A DNA stretch of 38,430 nt from Candidatus Enteromonas sp. (GCA_045220635.1 JBGUWA010000142.1:1-38430), one strand, 5' to 3'; shown: positions 8,717-19,143, numbered from the stretch's first letter. Translations and numbers: made by a program. Notes: generated from the sequence alone by a model not told the origin.

Positions 8717-8746
8717 AAAGCCCCGTCAGATGAAGCGGGGCTTTTT
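8717..8746. terminator. Bidirectional rho-independent terminator between convergent genes
   Basis: AAAGCCCCG (8717-8725) / CGGGGCTTT (8736-8744) with a 10-nt loop. T-run on the plus strand, A-run giving a U-rich tail on the minus strand. Confidence 0.75.
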
Positions 8747-8749
8747 GAC

Positions 8750-9244
8750 TTATTTGACGCGGTGTTCGACGTAGTCTTCTCGAATATCGATGTACTCGTC
8801 GTAGAGCTGGATGATGTCTTCGGTAGGCTCTTCGAATTCCGCTTGCAAGGAGATCATGGCTTCCTCGCAGACGATACGTGAGCTATCGCGCATCTTGTTT
8901 TGCATCACGCACATCTCGAAGGGAATGTGGAAGATAACGAGGATGTGGCGATCATAGCCAGGGGTGTTTTCCAAGTAGTAACGGCGATACCGGTTTTGAA
9001 GGTTCGTCGCGTCGGCGATGACGGTGCAATCTTCCCCAGCGTGCTCGTTGAGCTCTTTGAGGAAAGTCTCCCAAACCAAGGACTCGCTTTGAAAGCACTG
9101 AATACCACCGGATACCCGACGTCGCACGTCATCCGAGGCGACGATATAGGTATTGGGGTGGTGCTTCTGGTATTCCTTGGCCCAAGTGGATTTGCCTGAA
9201 CCCGGAATCGCGGAGAGAAGAATCAGCGTGCCCATACGGGCCAT
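8750..9244 (-). CDS. Small P-loop kinase-like ATPase (AAA_33 / zeta-toxin-PNK-like fold)
   Basis: 164 aa. Walker A LLSAIPGSGKSTWAKEY near the N-terminus, then ASDDVRR and DATNL motifs typical of small nucleotide/polynucleotide kinases. Confidence 0.7.
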   Translation of the reverse strand: MARMGTLILLSAIPGSGKSTWAKEYQKHHPNTYIVASDDVRRRVSGGIQCFQSESLVWETFLKELNEHAGEDCTVIADATNLQNRYRRYYLENTPGYDRHILVIFHIPFEMCVMQNKMRDSSRIVCEEAMISLQAEFEEPTEDIIQLYDEYIDIREDYVEHRVK

Positions 9245-9250
9245 ATCTTA

Positions 9251-9256
9251 ATACTA
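9251..9256 (-). promoter_or_regulatory. Candidate -10 box of the P-loop kinase gene (leaderless geometry)
   Basis: Minus strand reads TAGTAT - taagat - ATG(9244). No SD. A weak -35 TTGGTG lies about 16 nt upstream. Confidence 0.35.
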
Positions 9257-9560
9257 CGTGCGCGATAAACTCCACCAAAACTTTTCCAGCGTGCATTTGT
9301 CAGCGAAAACGGCAAGAGCTCAAATGCGATCGAGAAAAAACAGATGCAACCGCGGACTTTACATGGAAAAACAAAAAAACGGGAATAAAGCTAAATAATG
9401 GGGTTTTGCAGAGAAATAACCTTGATTTGCATAGTTTTTCAGATGGTTTTTGTCACAGAACAGTGATGCATTTTTCAGCGAACGCCCTCCGAAAAACAAA
9501 GAAATGAATGGAACTAATCTTTGGCGATTCTCCCCAACGTACGCCTGTGTACGCATGTCA

Positions 9561-9589
9561 CTGACAAGGGTGCGCGTTTTTGCTATAAT
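9561..9589 (+). promoter_or_regulatory. Near-consensus sigma-70-type promoter with extended -10, positioned for a leaderless transcript
   Basis: CTGACA (9561-9566) - 17 nt - TGcTATAAT (9581-9589) - ttccgt - ATG 9596. Confidence 0.6.
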
Positions 9590-9595
9590 TTCCGT

Positions 9596-11306
<1,711 letters not shown>

Positions 11307-11307
<1 letters not shown>

Positions 11308-12344
11308 TGGACATTAATTTATTCGATTTCGATTTGCCTGAGGAACTCATCGCTCAGACTCCGCTTAAGGCGCGCGACATGGCGCGGCTTATGGTCATTA
11401 ACCGCAAAGAGAAAACCTACGAACACAAGGTTTTCTATGATCTTTTGGACTATCTAAAGCCCGGCGATGTGATGGTGCGCAACAACACCAAAGTCATCCC
11501 CGCCCGTTTGCTTGGCGTCAAAGAATCCACCAAAGGCAAAGTGGAAGTGCTCCTTTTGCACGAAGTCCCCGAAGAAGGGGAAGACGTCTGGGAATGCCTT
11601 GTCGGCTCAGCCAAATCGGTACGCGTCGGTTCTCGCTGCGTCTTTGGCGAAGGCAAACTCATCGCTGAATGCACGGCGGTTTATGACGAAGGCATCCGTC
11701 ACATGAAGTTCCTTTACAAGGGAATCTTCCTCGAAGTCCTCGACGAACTCGGCGTCATGCCGCTTCCACCCTATATCAAGCAGCAATGCGATGACAAAGA
11801 CGATTACCAAACCGTCTACGCCAAAGTTCCCGGCTCGGTCGCCGCGCCTACCGCGGGATTCCATTTCACCGATGAACTGTTTGAAAAGATCAAAGCAAAA
11901 GGCGTCGAAGTCCTCGACGTGACCTTGAATATTGGTCTAGGCACGTTCCGCCCCGTCAAGGTTTCCGACACCAAGGACCACGTCATGCACGAAGAAACCT
12001 ATACGATGGACGAAGTTACGGCGAATCGGCTAAATCTCGCCAAGAAAGAAGGCCGCCGCATCATCGCCATCGGGACGACCTCCGTCCGCACCCTTGAATC
12101 CATTTATTCGAAATATCACGAATTCCGCGCCGAATCCTCGGCCACCAGCATCTTCATTTCCCCAGGCTATACCTTTGGGGCGGTCGATGCCTTAGTCACG
12201 AACTTCCATTTGCCCAAATCCACCTTGGTCATGCTCGTTTCCGCCTTCATGGGAAGGGAATGGACCTTGCAGTGTTATGAAGAAGCGGTGAAGGAACGTT
12301 ATCGTTTCTTCTCCTTTGGAGATGCGATGTTCATCTATGGCTAA
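11307..12344 (+). CDS. queA: S-adenosylmethionine:tRNA ribosyltransferase-isomerase
   Basis: [46 protein letters not shown] and [10 protein letters not shown] are classic QueA motifs. The ATG overlaps the tgt TGA by 1 nt. Confidence 0.95.
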
Positions 12345-13005
12345 CGAAGAGAAAAACATCGTCAATTATCAACGGATTTGCGAGAAAACCGTCGCAAATC
12401 TCCCTTCTTTTCCAAAACCAAAGCTTTTGCTTCACGTCTGCTGCGGCCCTTGCAGTTGCTATCCTTTGACCTATCTTTGCCCCAAGTTCGACGTCACGAT
12501 TTACTACACGAACAGCAACATCTATCCCAAAGAAGAATATGATCGCCGCCTTGCGACGTTGAAGGATTTGCTAAGTTATCTCAAGCGCGATCATGACTTT
12601 GACATTGAGCTAATCGTGCCTCCTTACGATAACGAAGCGTATACGAAGAAACTCGAACCCTTAAAAGATGCGCCCGAAGGCGGGGAACGTTGTTTCCTTT
12701 GCTATGCCTTGCGTCTAGAAGAAGCCTATGGCTATGCCGAAGAGCACGGCTATGACTATTTCACGACCGTCATGACCGTCTCGCGACAGAAGAATTCGCA
12801 GAAGCTAAACGAGATTGGCAAGTCGCTTGAGCCCCGACACCCGCACACGAAATACCTCTATAGCGATTTCAAGAAACAAAAAGGTTTGGAAATCGGCACC
12901 GAGATCCGCAAGAAATACGATCTTTATAACCAGAATTACTGCGGTTGCGTCTATTCCTATGAGGATATGATTCGCCGCACAGGAGGCGAGAACCATGGAA
13001 CCTAA
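12337..13005 (+). CDS. queH: Epoxyqueuosine reductase QueH (DUF208)
   Basis: [46 protein letters not shown] and [11 protein letters not shown] match the QueH family. The start overlaps the queA end by 8 nt (ATGGCTAA). Confidence 0.85.
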   Translation: MANEEKNIVNYQRICEKTVANLPSFPKPKLLLHVCCGPCSCYPLTYLCPKFDVTIYYTNSNIYPKEEYDRRLATLKDLLSYLKRDHDFDIELIVPPYDNEAYTKKLEPLKDAPEGGERCFLCYALRLEEAYGYAEEHGYDYFTTVMTVSRQKNSQKLNEIGKSLEPRHPHTKYLYSDFKKQKGLEIGTEIRKKYDLYNQNYCGCVYSYEDMIRRTGGENHGT

Positions 13006-13585
13006 ACCCGAATTCAAGGGCATTATCTACGAAGAAGGGGAACACGTTCTCTATCATTGTCGGTGTGGCAAAGGCGCCCACACGTTCTTTTGGGTGCTCA
13101 TGGGTTTGGTGAGTCTGTTGTTGATTCCTTCTGTATTGGCAAACGTCCTCGTGGCCATTGGCATCAAGGAAGAAAACGTCAACGTCAACTTCGGAACCCT
13201 TGGGGCGACGATTCCCTTCCTCGGGGTCGTCGTGATTGCCTTAATCGCCTTGTTCTTCATGCGCATCATCATGCTAAATCATGACTATCTGGTGACCGAC
13301 CGCCGCATCATCGTGGGTTCGGGCAAGGGGATGAAGCGGGGCCGCCGCATCCTTCGCATCGACCAAGTCTCCGGCGTCAGCATCAACCAAAATTTCATCC
13401 TTTCTTTGTTCCATCTTTCGGCGATCGACTTCTATTCCGCGGCCGCTTCCGCCCGCGTTCGCACCTTTTTGATCTTCTCTTTCTCCTCGACGCCGATTAA
13501 GTTCGATTTCCTTTCAAAAACCGACGCCGACGCCATCTTCGCCTTGCTCGAAAAAGGCATCACATTCCAAAATCAAAAAGACTAA
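12995..13585 (+). CDS. Membrane protein with two TM helices and a bacterial PH (bPH_2/YdbT-like) domain
   Basis: 196 aa. Hydrophobic segments FFWVLMGLVSLLLIPSVLANVLVAI and IPFLGVVVIALIALFFMRIIM, then YLVTDRRIIVGSG...ILRIDQVSGVSINQNFILSLFHLSAIDF typical of bPH_2. Overlaps queH by 11 nt. Confidence 0.65.
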   Translation: MEPKPEFKGIIYEEGEHVLYHCRCGKGAHTFFWVLMGLVSLLLIPSVLANVLVAIGIKEENVNVNFGTLGATIPFLGVVVIALIALFFMRIIMLNHDYLVTDRRIIVGSGKGMKRGRRILRIDQVSGVSINQNFILSLFHLSAIDFYSAAASARVRTFLIFSFSSTPIKFDFLSKTDADAIFALLEKGITFQNQKD

Positions 13586-13610
13586 AAATTCGTCATAAAT
13601 TCTTCAAAAA

Positions 13611-13627
13611 TTGTGCACGGTGCACAA
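13611..13627. repeat. Perfect 17-bp palindrome TTGTGCAC-G-GTGCACAA
   Basis: Read directly. Located 26 nt after the PH-domain gene stop and about 120 nt upstream of the S10 promoter -35. Confidence 0.6.
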
Positions 13628-13744
13628 AGATTGAAGGATTTTTGCTTTTTTGGGCACTTTGGGCAAAAACCACGCAAAAACGGACTTTTTGAAACGTAAA
13701 AAGTTCGATGGCTTCTTTATTTTTGTAAAAAAGTACGAAAATGT

Positions 13745-13773
13745 TTGACGCGTGCATCTTATACGCGTATATT
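13745..13773 (+). promoter_or_regulatory. Candidate S10 operon promoter
   Basis: TTGACG (13745-13750) - 17 nt - TATATT (13768-13773), preceded by a long A/T-rich (UP-like) tract. Confidence 0.6.
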
Positions 13774-13902
13774 TATCCACGCTGGCGCTTGCGTTGAAGT
13801 GCGAGGTTGCCGATACACCGACAGGCGTTGTCATGAAGAGGTGTTCGGGGAATTCGTACCGAGCAGAAGCCAGAAGCCTGAAAAAATTAAGGAGGAAAAT
13901 TC
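13774..13902 (+). promoter_or_regulatory. About 125-nt 5' leader of the S10 operon with several potential hairpins
   Basis: CACC-GACA ggcgt TGTC ...GGTG nested stem. Tandem AGAAGCC AGAAGCC at 13864-13877. SD AAGGAGG before ATG 13903. Confidence 0.3.
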
Positions 13903-14214
13903 ATGGCGAAAGAAAAAGCGATTCGCGTTCGCTTAATGGCCTATGACCACAAGATCCTTGACCTCAGCGTCGAGCGCATCCTGGAAGTGGCCAAGAAAAC
14001 CGGAGCCGGCGTTAAGGGTCCCATCCCCCTGCCGACCGAAAAAGCGGTCTACACGATTCTCCGCGCTACCTTCAAGTACAAGGACAGCCGCGAGCAATTC
14101 GAAATCCGCACCCACAAGAGATTGGTCTACATCACCAATCCGACCAAAGAGACGATCGACACCTTGCGTAGGTTAGACCTCGCCAACGGCGTCGACATCG
14201 ACATCAAACTGTAA
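13903..14214 (+). CDS. rpsJ: 30S ribosomal protein S10
   Basis: [20 protein letters not shown]...RTHKRLVYI; 103 aa. Confidence 0.97.
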   Translation: MAKEKAIRVRLMAYDHKILDLSVERILEVAKKTGAGVKGPIPLPTEKAVYTILRATFKYKDSREQFEIRTHKRLVYITNPTKETIDTLRRLDLANGVDIDIKL

Positions 14215-14233
14215 CGAAGGAGGAGAAGTAATC

Positions 14234-14935
14234 ATGAAATCCATCGTCGGAAGAAAAGTGGGCATGACTACGGTCTTCGCCCCCGACGGAACGATGTATC
14301 CCGTTACCGTCATTGAAGTTCTTCCCAACGTCGTCCTCGATAAGCGGACCACGGAGAAGAACGGTTACGAAGCCTTGGTGGTCGGTTACGAGGACAAACC
14401 CGCCCGTACCGTCTCCAAGCCGAAAATGGGCCTGTTCAACAAGGCCGGCGTGACCCCGAAAGCCCACATCGTTGAGCTCAAGGGTGATGAGATCTACGGC
14501 AAAGCTGTAGGCGAAACCCTCACCGCTGGTATCTTCGCGACTGGTGAGGTCGTCGACCTCGTCGGTCACAACAAAGGCCACGGCTTCACCGGTAACATCA
14601 AACGTTACCATCACCACATCGGTCCCAAGGGCCACGGATCTGGCTACCATCGCCACATCGGTTCCCTTGCCAACAACGGCCGCTGCAACAACCGCGTCAT
14701 CCCCGGCAAGAAAATGGCTGGCCACTGGCGTCCCAAGCAGTGCACCGTCCAAAACGTCACCGTCATCGAAGTCAATGACGAAAAAGGCTACATCCTCGTC
14801 AAGGGCGGCGTTCCCGGACCGAAAAAAGCCCTCGTCGTCGTACGCACGCCTGTGCGTCACCAATTCAAAAAGCCTCTCGTCAAGGAATTGGTCAACAATG
14901 CCAAACCCGCCGCGACTGAGGCGAAAGGAGAATAA
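14234..14935 (+). CDS. rplC: 50S ribosomal protein L3 (about 20-aa C-terminal tail)
   Basis: GRKVGMTTVF...GHNKGHGFTGNIKRYH; 233 aa. Confidence 0.97.
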   Translation: MKSIVGRKVGMTTVFAPDGTMYPVTVIEVLPNVVLDKRTTEKNGYEALVVGYEDKPARTVSKPKMGLFNKAGVTPKAHIVELKGDEIYGKAVGETLTAGIFATGEVVDLVGHNKGHGFTGNIKRYHHHIGPKGHGSGYHRHIGSLANNGRCNNRVIPGKKMAGHWRPKQCTVQNVTVIEVNDEKGYILVKGGVPGPKKALVVVRTPVRHQFKKPLVKELVNNAKPAATEAKGE

Positions 14936-14937
14936 CA

Positions 14938-15579
14938 ATGGCCGAAAAGAAAATCAGCGTGGCCGTCGTGAACCTCTCCGGTGAATCGGTCGGCAAAATC
15001 AACCTTGATCCCGCCGTGTTCGGGGTCACCGACGTGAATCCGCAAGTCATCAAAGACGCGGTCACCGTCTACCTCGCCAACAGGCGTCAAGCCACCGCCA
15101 AAACCAAGAAGCGTCACGAAATCCATGGCACCAACAAGAAGCCGTGGAGACAAAAAGGCACTGGCCGTGCCCGCTCTGGCGACTGCAAGTCCCCGATCTG
15201 GACCGGCGGCGGCACCGTCTTCGGACCTGACGGCACCCAAAACTACAAGCTCAAGCAGAACAAGAAGGAGCACAAACTCGCCCTTCGCGCTGTGCTTACC
15301 GAGAAAGTCGGAAACGGCCTCATCGTCGTCGACTCCCTCGAAGTCCCCGCCATCTCCACCAAGTCCTTCGCGGGTTCGCTCAAGGCGCTTGGTTGCGAAG
15401 GCAAGAAGAACCTCATCGTCGTCCGCGGTGAGAACGACAAACTCATCCTCTCCGCCCGTGGCATCGAAGGCGTGGGCCTCGTCGAAAGCAGCAACATCGC
15501 CGTCTACGACGTTCTCCACTTCGATAACCTCATCGTGAGCAAAGAGGACATCAAAGCGATTGAGGAGGCGTTGCAATAA
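14938..15579 (+). CDS. rplD: 50S ribosomal protein L4
   Basis: [14 protein letters not shown]...[10 protein letters not shown]; 213 aa. Confidence 0.97.
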   Translation: MAEKKISVAVVNLSGESVGKINLDPAVFGVTDVNPQVIKDAVTVYLANRRQATAKTKKRHEIHGTNKKPWRQKGTGRARSGDCKSPIWTGGGTVFGPDGTQNYKLKQNKKEHKLALRAVLTEKVGNGLIVVDSLEVPAISTKSFAGSLKALGCEGKKNLIVVRGENDKLILSARGIEGVGLVESSNIAVYDVLHFDNLIVSKEDIKAIEEALQ

Positions 15580-15998
15580 TGGCTGAAAAGAAAAAAGTCG
15601 AAGCGGTGGAAGAAGAAGCCGCTGAAAGCAAACCGGTCAAAAAGGCCGCCCGCAAAACCACCAAGGCGAAGAAAGAAGAGGCTCCCAAGTCCTCCTTCGC
15701 CAAAGCGACCGAACATGATTTCGAGGTCATCATCGCCCCGTTAATCACCGAAAAGACCATGGCGCTCATGCAGAACGCCAACAAGGTCACCGTCAAGGTC
15801 GCCAAGAATTCCAACAAGGTCGAAATCAAGGAAGCCTTCCAAAGGATCTTCCAAGTGAAAGTCACCGACGTCAAGGTCGCCAACCAAGTTAGCAAGACCA
15901 CGACCCGCGGCGGACGCTACAAAGGCACGATCTCGGGCTTCAAGAAAGCCGTGATCACCATCGCCGAAGGCGAAGCCATCGACCTGTTCCGTGAGTAG
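15579..15998 (+). CDS. rplW: 50S ribosomal protein L23 with about 44-aa Lys/Glu/Ala-rich N-terminal extension
   Basis: Core VIIAPLITEKTMAL...VTVKVAKNSNKVEIKEAFQRIFQVKV; 139 aa versus about 95 typical. TAATG overlap with rplD. Confidence 0.95.
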   Translation: MAEKKKVEAVEEEAAESKPVKKAARKTTKAKKEEAPKSSFAKATEHDFEVIIAPLITEKTMALMQNANKVTVKVAKNSNKVEIKEAFQRIFQVKVTDVKVANQVSKTTTRGGRYKGTISGFKKAVITIAEGEAIDLFRE

Positions 15999-16064
15999 GG
16001 CACACCCTCGCGTATATATAAATAAGGAATAACGCGTAAAGCAAACCAATATAGGAGAACGTCA

Positions 16065-16898
16065 ATGGCAATAAGAACTTATCGTCCTTATACCCCGTCG
16101 CGTCGCGCCATGAGCAACTCGACGTTCGAGGACATCACCAAATCCACTCCTGAAAAATCGCTCCTCACCCCGATGAAGAAGACGGGTGGACGCAACAATC
16201 AGGGCAAAATCACCTGCCGCCACATCGGCGGTGGCAACAAGAGGAAATACCGCATCATCGACTTCCGTCGCCGCAAGGATGACATCCCTGCCGTCGTGAA
16301 GGCCATCGAGTATGACCCCAACCGCAACGCCAACATCGCCCTCATCTGCTATGCGGATGGCGTCAAGGCGTACATCATCGAACCGCAGAACCTCAACGTC
16401 GGCGACAAAATCGTCTCTGGCGTTGCCACCGACATCAAAGTCGGCAACTGCTGCGAACTTCAGAACATCCCCGACGGTACCTTCGTCCACTGCGTCGAGC
16501 TCCAGCCTGGCAAAGGCGCTCAGCTCTGCCGCGCCGCGGGCACCTCGGCTCAGGTTCTCGGCTCTGAAGGCAAATACGTCACCGTGCGTTTGGCCTCCGG
16601 CGAAGTCCGCAAACTCCTCAAGAACTGCCGCGCGACCATCGGTATCGTCGGCAACGAAGACTGGAACCTCGTCAACCTCGGCAAAGCCGGCAAGACGCGC
16701 TGGAACGGTACCCGTCCCACCGTCCGTGGTTCGGCCATGAACCCCTGCGACCACCCTCACGGTGGTGGTGAGGGCAAATGCCCCGTCGGCCGTGACGCGC
16801 CTCGCTCCCCTTGGGGCAAGCGCTGCCAAGGCGTCAAGACCCGTCGCCTCAAGAAGAACTCCACCCGCCTCATCGTCAGGCGCCGTGGCCAGAAGTAA
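16065..16898 (+). CDS. rplB: 50S ribosomal protein L2
   Basis: [26 protein letters not shown]...[13 protein letters not shown]; 277 aa. Confidence 0.98.
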   Translation: MAIRTYRPYTPSRRAMSNSTFEDITKSTPEKSLLTPMKKTGGRNNQGKITCRHIGGGNKRKYRIIDFRRRKDDIPAVVKAIEYDPNRNANIALICYADGVKAYIIEPQNLNVGDKIVSGVATDIKVGNCCELQNIPDGTFVHCVELQPGKGAQLCRAAGTSAQVLGSEGKYVTVRLASGEVRKLLKNCRATIGIVGNEDWNLVNLGKAGKTRWNGTRPTVRGSAMNPCDHPHGGGEGKCPVGRDAPRSPWGKRCQGVKTRRLKKNSTRLIVRRRGQK

Positions 16899-16913
16899 GA
16901 AAGGAGAGATTGA

Positions 16914-17201
16914 ATGTCTCGTTCACTCAAGAAAGAGCCCTTCGTGGACGCTTACCTCATGAAGAAGGTCGAAGCCCTCACGAAGTCCGGCAAGAAAGAG
17001 ATCATCAAGACATGGTCTCGCCGCTCGACGATCTACCCCGCCTTCGTCGAACACACCTTCGCCGTCTATAACGGCAAAGAGCACATCACCGTCTATGTCA
17101 CTGAGGACATGGTTGGCCATAAGCTCGGAGAATTCGCGCCTACCCGCAACTTCCCCGGTCACAAGGGCAACAACCTCAACGACAAAGGCGCCAAGAAGTA
17201 A
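16914..17201 (+). CDS. rpsS: 30S ribosomal protein S19
   Basis: [11 protein letters not shown]...[22 protein letters not shown]...[11 protein letters not shown]. Confidence 0.97.
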   Translation: MSRSLKKEPFVDAYLMKKVEALTKSGKKEIIKTWSRRSTIYPAFVEHTFAVYNGKEHITVYVTEDMVGHKLGEFAPTRNFPGHKGNNLNDKGAKK

Positions 17202-17212
17202 GGAGGTCCCCC

Positions 17213-17761
17213 ATGGCTGAAGAAGAAAAAGTGAAAAAGGCCCCCGCGAAGAAATCCGCGCCGAAGGCCGAATCCGAGCCCAAAGCCAAGAAGGCTCCTG
17301 CGAAGAAAGCGGAAAAACCCGTAGACGAAAAGAAGGCCGCCAAGGCTGCCGAAAAGGAAGCCAAGAAAGCCGAGAAAGCCGCGAAGAAAGAAGCTGCGAA
17401 GCAGGTTGAGGAGAAACCCCACCGCACCGAAGCCACCGCCTTCGCCCGCGATGTCCGCATCACCCCGCGCAAAGTCCGCCTCGTCGCCGACCTTGTCCGC
17501 GGCAAATCCGTCAAAGATGCCCTTGGCATCCTCGCCGGCTGCAACCGCATCGCCAAGACCCCGGTCGAAAAGATCATCCGCTCCGCTTCCGCCAATGCCG
17601 TCAACAACTTCGGCATGGACGAAAGCAAACTCTACATCGCCGAAATCCAAGTCGGCGACGGCCTGAAAATCAAGAGGTACATCCCTCGGGCCAAGGGCAG
17701 CGCTTCCCCCATCATCAAGCGCAACGCGCACATCCGCATCGTCGTGAAGGAAAGGAACTAA
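17213..17761 (+). CDS. rplV: 50S ribosomal protein L22 with about 70-aa Lys/Ala-rich N-terminal extension
   Basis: Core ARDVRITPRKVRLVADLVRGKSVKDALGIL...RAKGSASPIIKRNAHIRIVV; 182 aa versus about 113 typical. Confidence 0.95.
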   Translation: MAEEEKVKKAPAKKSAPKAESEPKAKKAPAKKAEKPVDEKKAAKAAEKEAKKAEKAAKKEAAKQVEEKPHRTEATAFARDVRITPRKVRLVADLVRGKSVKDALGILAGCNRIAKTPVEKIIRSASANAVNNFGMDESKLYIAEIQVGDGLKIKRYIPRAKGSASPIIKRNAHIRIVVKERN

Positions 17762-17767
17762 GTCAAC

Positions 17768-18532
17768 ATGGGACAGAAAGTTAACCCCGTAGGATTCCGC
17801 GTCGGCATCAACCGCGACTGGAATTCCAAATGGTTTGCCACCGGTGACGACTTTGCCGCCTTCCTCGCCGAAGATGTCAAGATCCGTCGCTACCTCGACA
17901 AACAACTCAAGAACGCGATGCTCTCCCGCATTGAGATCGGCCGCGTCAAAAACGACAAAGGCTACTCCATCCGCGTCGCCGTCTACGTTGCCCGCCCGGG
18001 TGACGTCATCGGCCAGGAAGGCGAGAACATCAAACGTCTTCGCACCGAACTGGGCAAACTCGTCAAGTCCGAAAACCTCCACCTCGACGTCGTCGAAGTG
18101 AAGAACCCGGATCTCGATGCCACCCTCGTGGCCAAATGGATCGCCTCCGAGCTCGAAAACCGCGCGGCCTTCCGTTCGACCATGAAGAAAGCCCTCATGC
18201 GTATGCGCAAAGCTGGCGCCAAAGGCTGCAGAACGCTCTGCTCTGGCCGTCTTGCCGGTGCCGAAATCGCCCGCAGCGAAGGCTATAAAGAAGGTGTCGT
18301 GCCTCTGCACACGCTCCGCGCCGACATCGACTTCGCCTCCGTCCATGCCGCGACCACCTATGGCAACATCGGCGTCAAAGTCTGGATCTGCCGTTCCTTG
18401 AACAAGACCGACACCGAAACCGTCAACGAGCCCGCACCCCGCGATCCGCGCGACGAACAACGTCGCCCCGACCGTAGGCGCCCCGGCGCTCCGAAAGGAG
18501 ATGGAAAAAATGCTTCAACCAAAGCGAGTTAA
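17768..18532 (+). CDS. rpsC: 30S ribosomal protein S3 with about 40-aa Arg/Pro/Asp-rich C-terminal tail
   Basis: [24 protein letters not shown]..., KH domain, [12 protein letters not shown]; 254 aa. Confidence 0.97.
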   Translation: MGQKVNPVGFRVGINRDWNSKWFATGDDFAAFLAEDVKIRRYLDKQLKNAMLSRIEIGRVKNDKGYSIRVAVYVARPGDVIGQEGENIKRLRTELGKLVKSENLHLDVVEVKNPDLDATLVAKWIASELENRAAFRSTMKKALMRMRKAGAKGCRTLCSGRLAGAEIARSEGYKEGVVPLHTLRADIDFASVHAATTYGNIGVKVWICRSLNKTDTETVNEPAPRDPRDEQRRPDRRRPGAPKGDGKNASTKAS

Positions 18533-18926
18533 GTACCGCCGCCCTCACTCCCTGAGCTATGAGGGCAACGCCAAAGGCGGCACCAAAGTCGAATTCGGCG
18601 AGTACGGACTCGTCGCGCTCGAAGGCAATTACATCACCGACCACCAAATCGAATCCGCTCGTATCGTCCTCTCGCGTTGCACCGACAGGACCGGCAAAGT
18701 CTGGATCCGCATCTTCCCCCATATGGCCAAGACCAAGAAACCGGCCGAAGTTCGTATGGGTAGCGGCAAAGGCTCGCCCGAAGGCTGGGTCGCCGTGGTC
18801 AAAAAAGGCACCGTCATGTTCGAGATTGGCGGAACCAGCCGCGAGGTTGCCCTTGAGGCCCTTCGCCTTGCCAGCTATAAGCTGCCGGTGAAGACCAAGG
18901 TCATCGCCCGCGAGAAGGGAGAATAA
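18510..18926 (+). CDS. rplP: 50S ribosomal protein L16
   Basis: [11 protein letters not shown]...; AAGGAG about 10 nt upstream of ATG 18510. The track ATG 18501 sits only 1 nt from the SD. Overlaps the rpsC tail by 23 nt. Confidence 0.95.
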   Translation: MLQPKRVKYRRPHSLSYEGNAKGGTKVEFGEYGLVALEGNYITDHQIESARIVLSRCTDRTGKVWIRIFPHMAKTKKPAEVRMGSGKGSPEGWVAVVKKGTVMFEIGGTSREVALEALRLASYKLPVKTKVIAREKGE

Positions 18927-18928
18927 CC

Positions 18929-19129
18929 ATGAACGTCAACGAACTTCGTGAACTCACCCCCGCCGAGCTCGATGCCAAGATCTACGAGCTCAAGCAAACC
19001 TTGTTCGAACTCCGCCGCAAGAAAGCGGTAGGGCAGCTCGAACACGGCGAGGAAATCCGCGCGGCGCGCAAGACCCTCGCCAAAGCCGAAACCGTCAAGC
19101 GTCAGCGTGCGCTTGGCATTGCGAAGTAA
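18929..19129 (+). CDS. rpmC: 50S ribosomal protein L29
   Basis: ELRELTPAELDAKIYELKQTLFELRRKKAVGQLE; 66 aa. Confidence 0.95.
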   Translation: MNVNELRELTPAELDAKIYELKQTLFELRRKKAVGQLEHGEEIRAARKTLAKAETVKRQRALGIAK

Positions 19130-19143
19130 AGGAGGAAAAGGCT

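Noticed and set aside
8247-8774. Alternative-frame plus-strand ORFs inside the membrane protein gene (175 aa and 109 aa). Similar same-strand shadow ORFs occur in glnA, rpsC, secY, hydB and hydA.
   Set aside because: They have Ser/Pro/Arg-rich low-complexity translations and no start context. The overlapping frame encodes a coherent protein in every case.
9245-9560. I looked for a preQ1 riboswitch or other structured RNA in the 350-nt divergent intergenic region upstream of the tgt cluster.
   Set aside because: CCCTCCGAAAAACAAAGAAATG superficially resembles the CCCUC plus A-rich tail of preQ1-I. But no complementary GAGGG 5' strand exists upstream, and the segment lies upstream of the predicted promoter. 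No convincing fold was found by eye. An Rfam scan would be decisive.
13611-13627. Assigning the TTGTGCACGGTGCACAA palindrome to Rex or CRP/FNR.
   Set aside because: The arm spacing (TGTG-N7-CACA) is one base shorter than the Rex and CRP consensus geometries (TGTG-N8-CACA). It is reported only as an unassigned palindrome.
16031-16042. 12-nt identity AACGCGTAAAGC shared by the rplW-rplB spacer (16031-16042) and the hydrogenase leader (32534-32545).
   Set aside because: A single shared 12-mer in a window of this size is within chance expectation, and the flanks do not extend the match.
17159-18460. 433-aa ORF antisense to rplV-rpsC. Similar long antisense ORFs lie at 14204-14938, 14857-15576, 16062-16829, 19278-20099, 21451-22356, 27598-28593, 33084-33956, 34110-34892, 35288-36673 and 3958-4782.
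   Set aside because: All lie exactly opposite confidently identified, highly conserved genes. Their products are low-complexity (G/D/A/V/F-rich) with no recognisable motifs, SDs or promoters. This is typical of stop-poor mirror frames in genes with GC-rich third positions.
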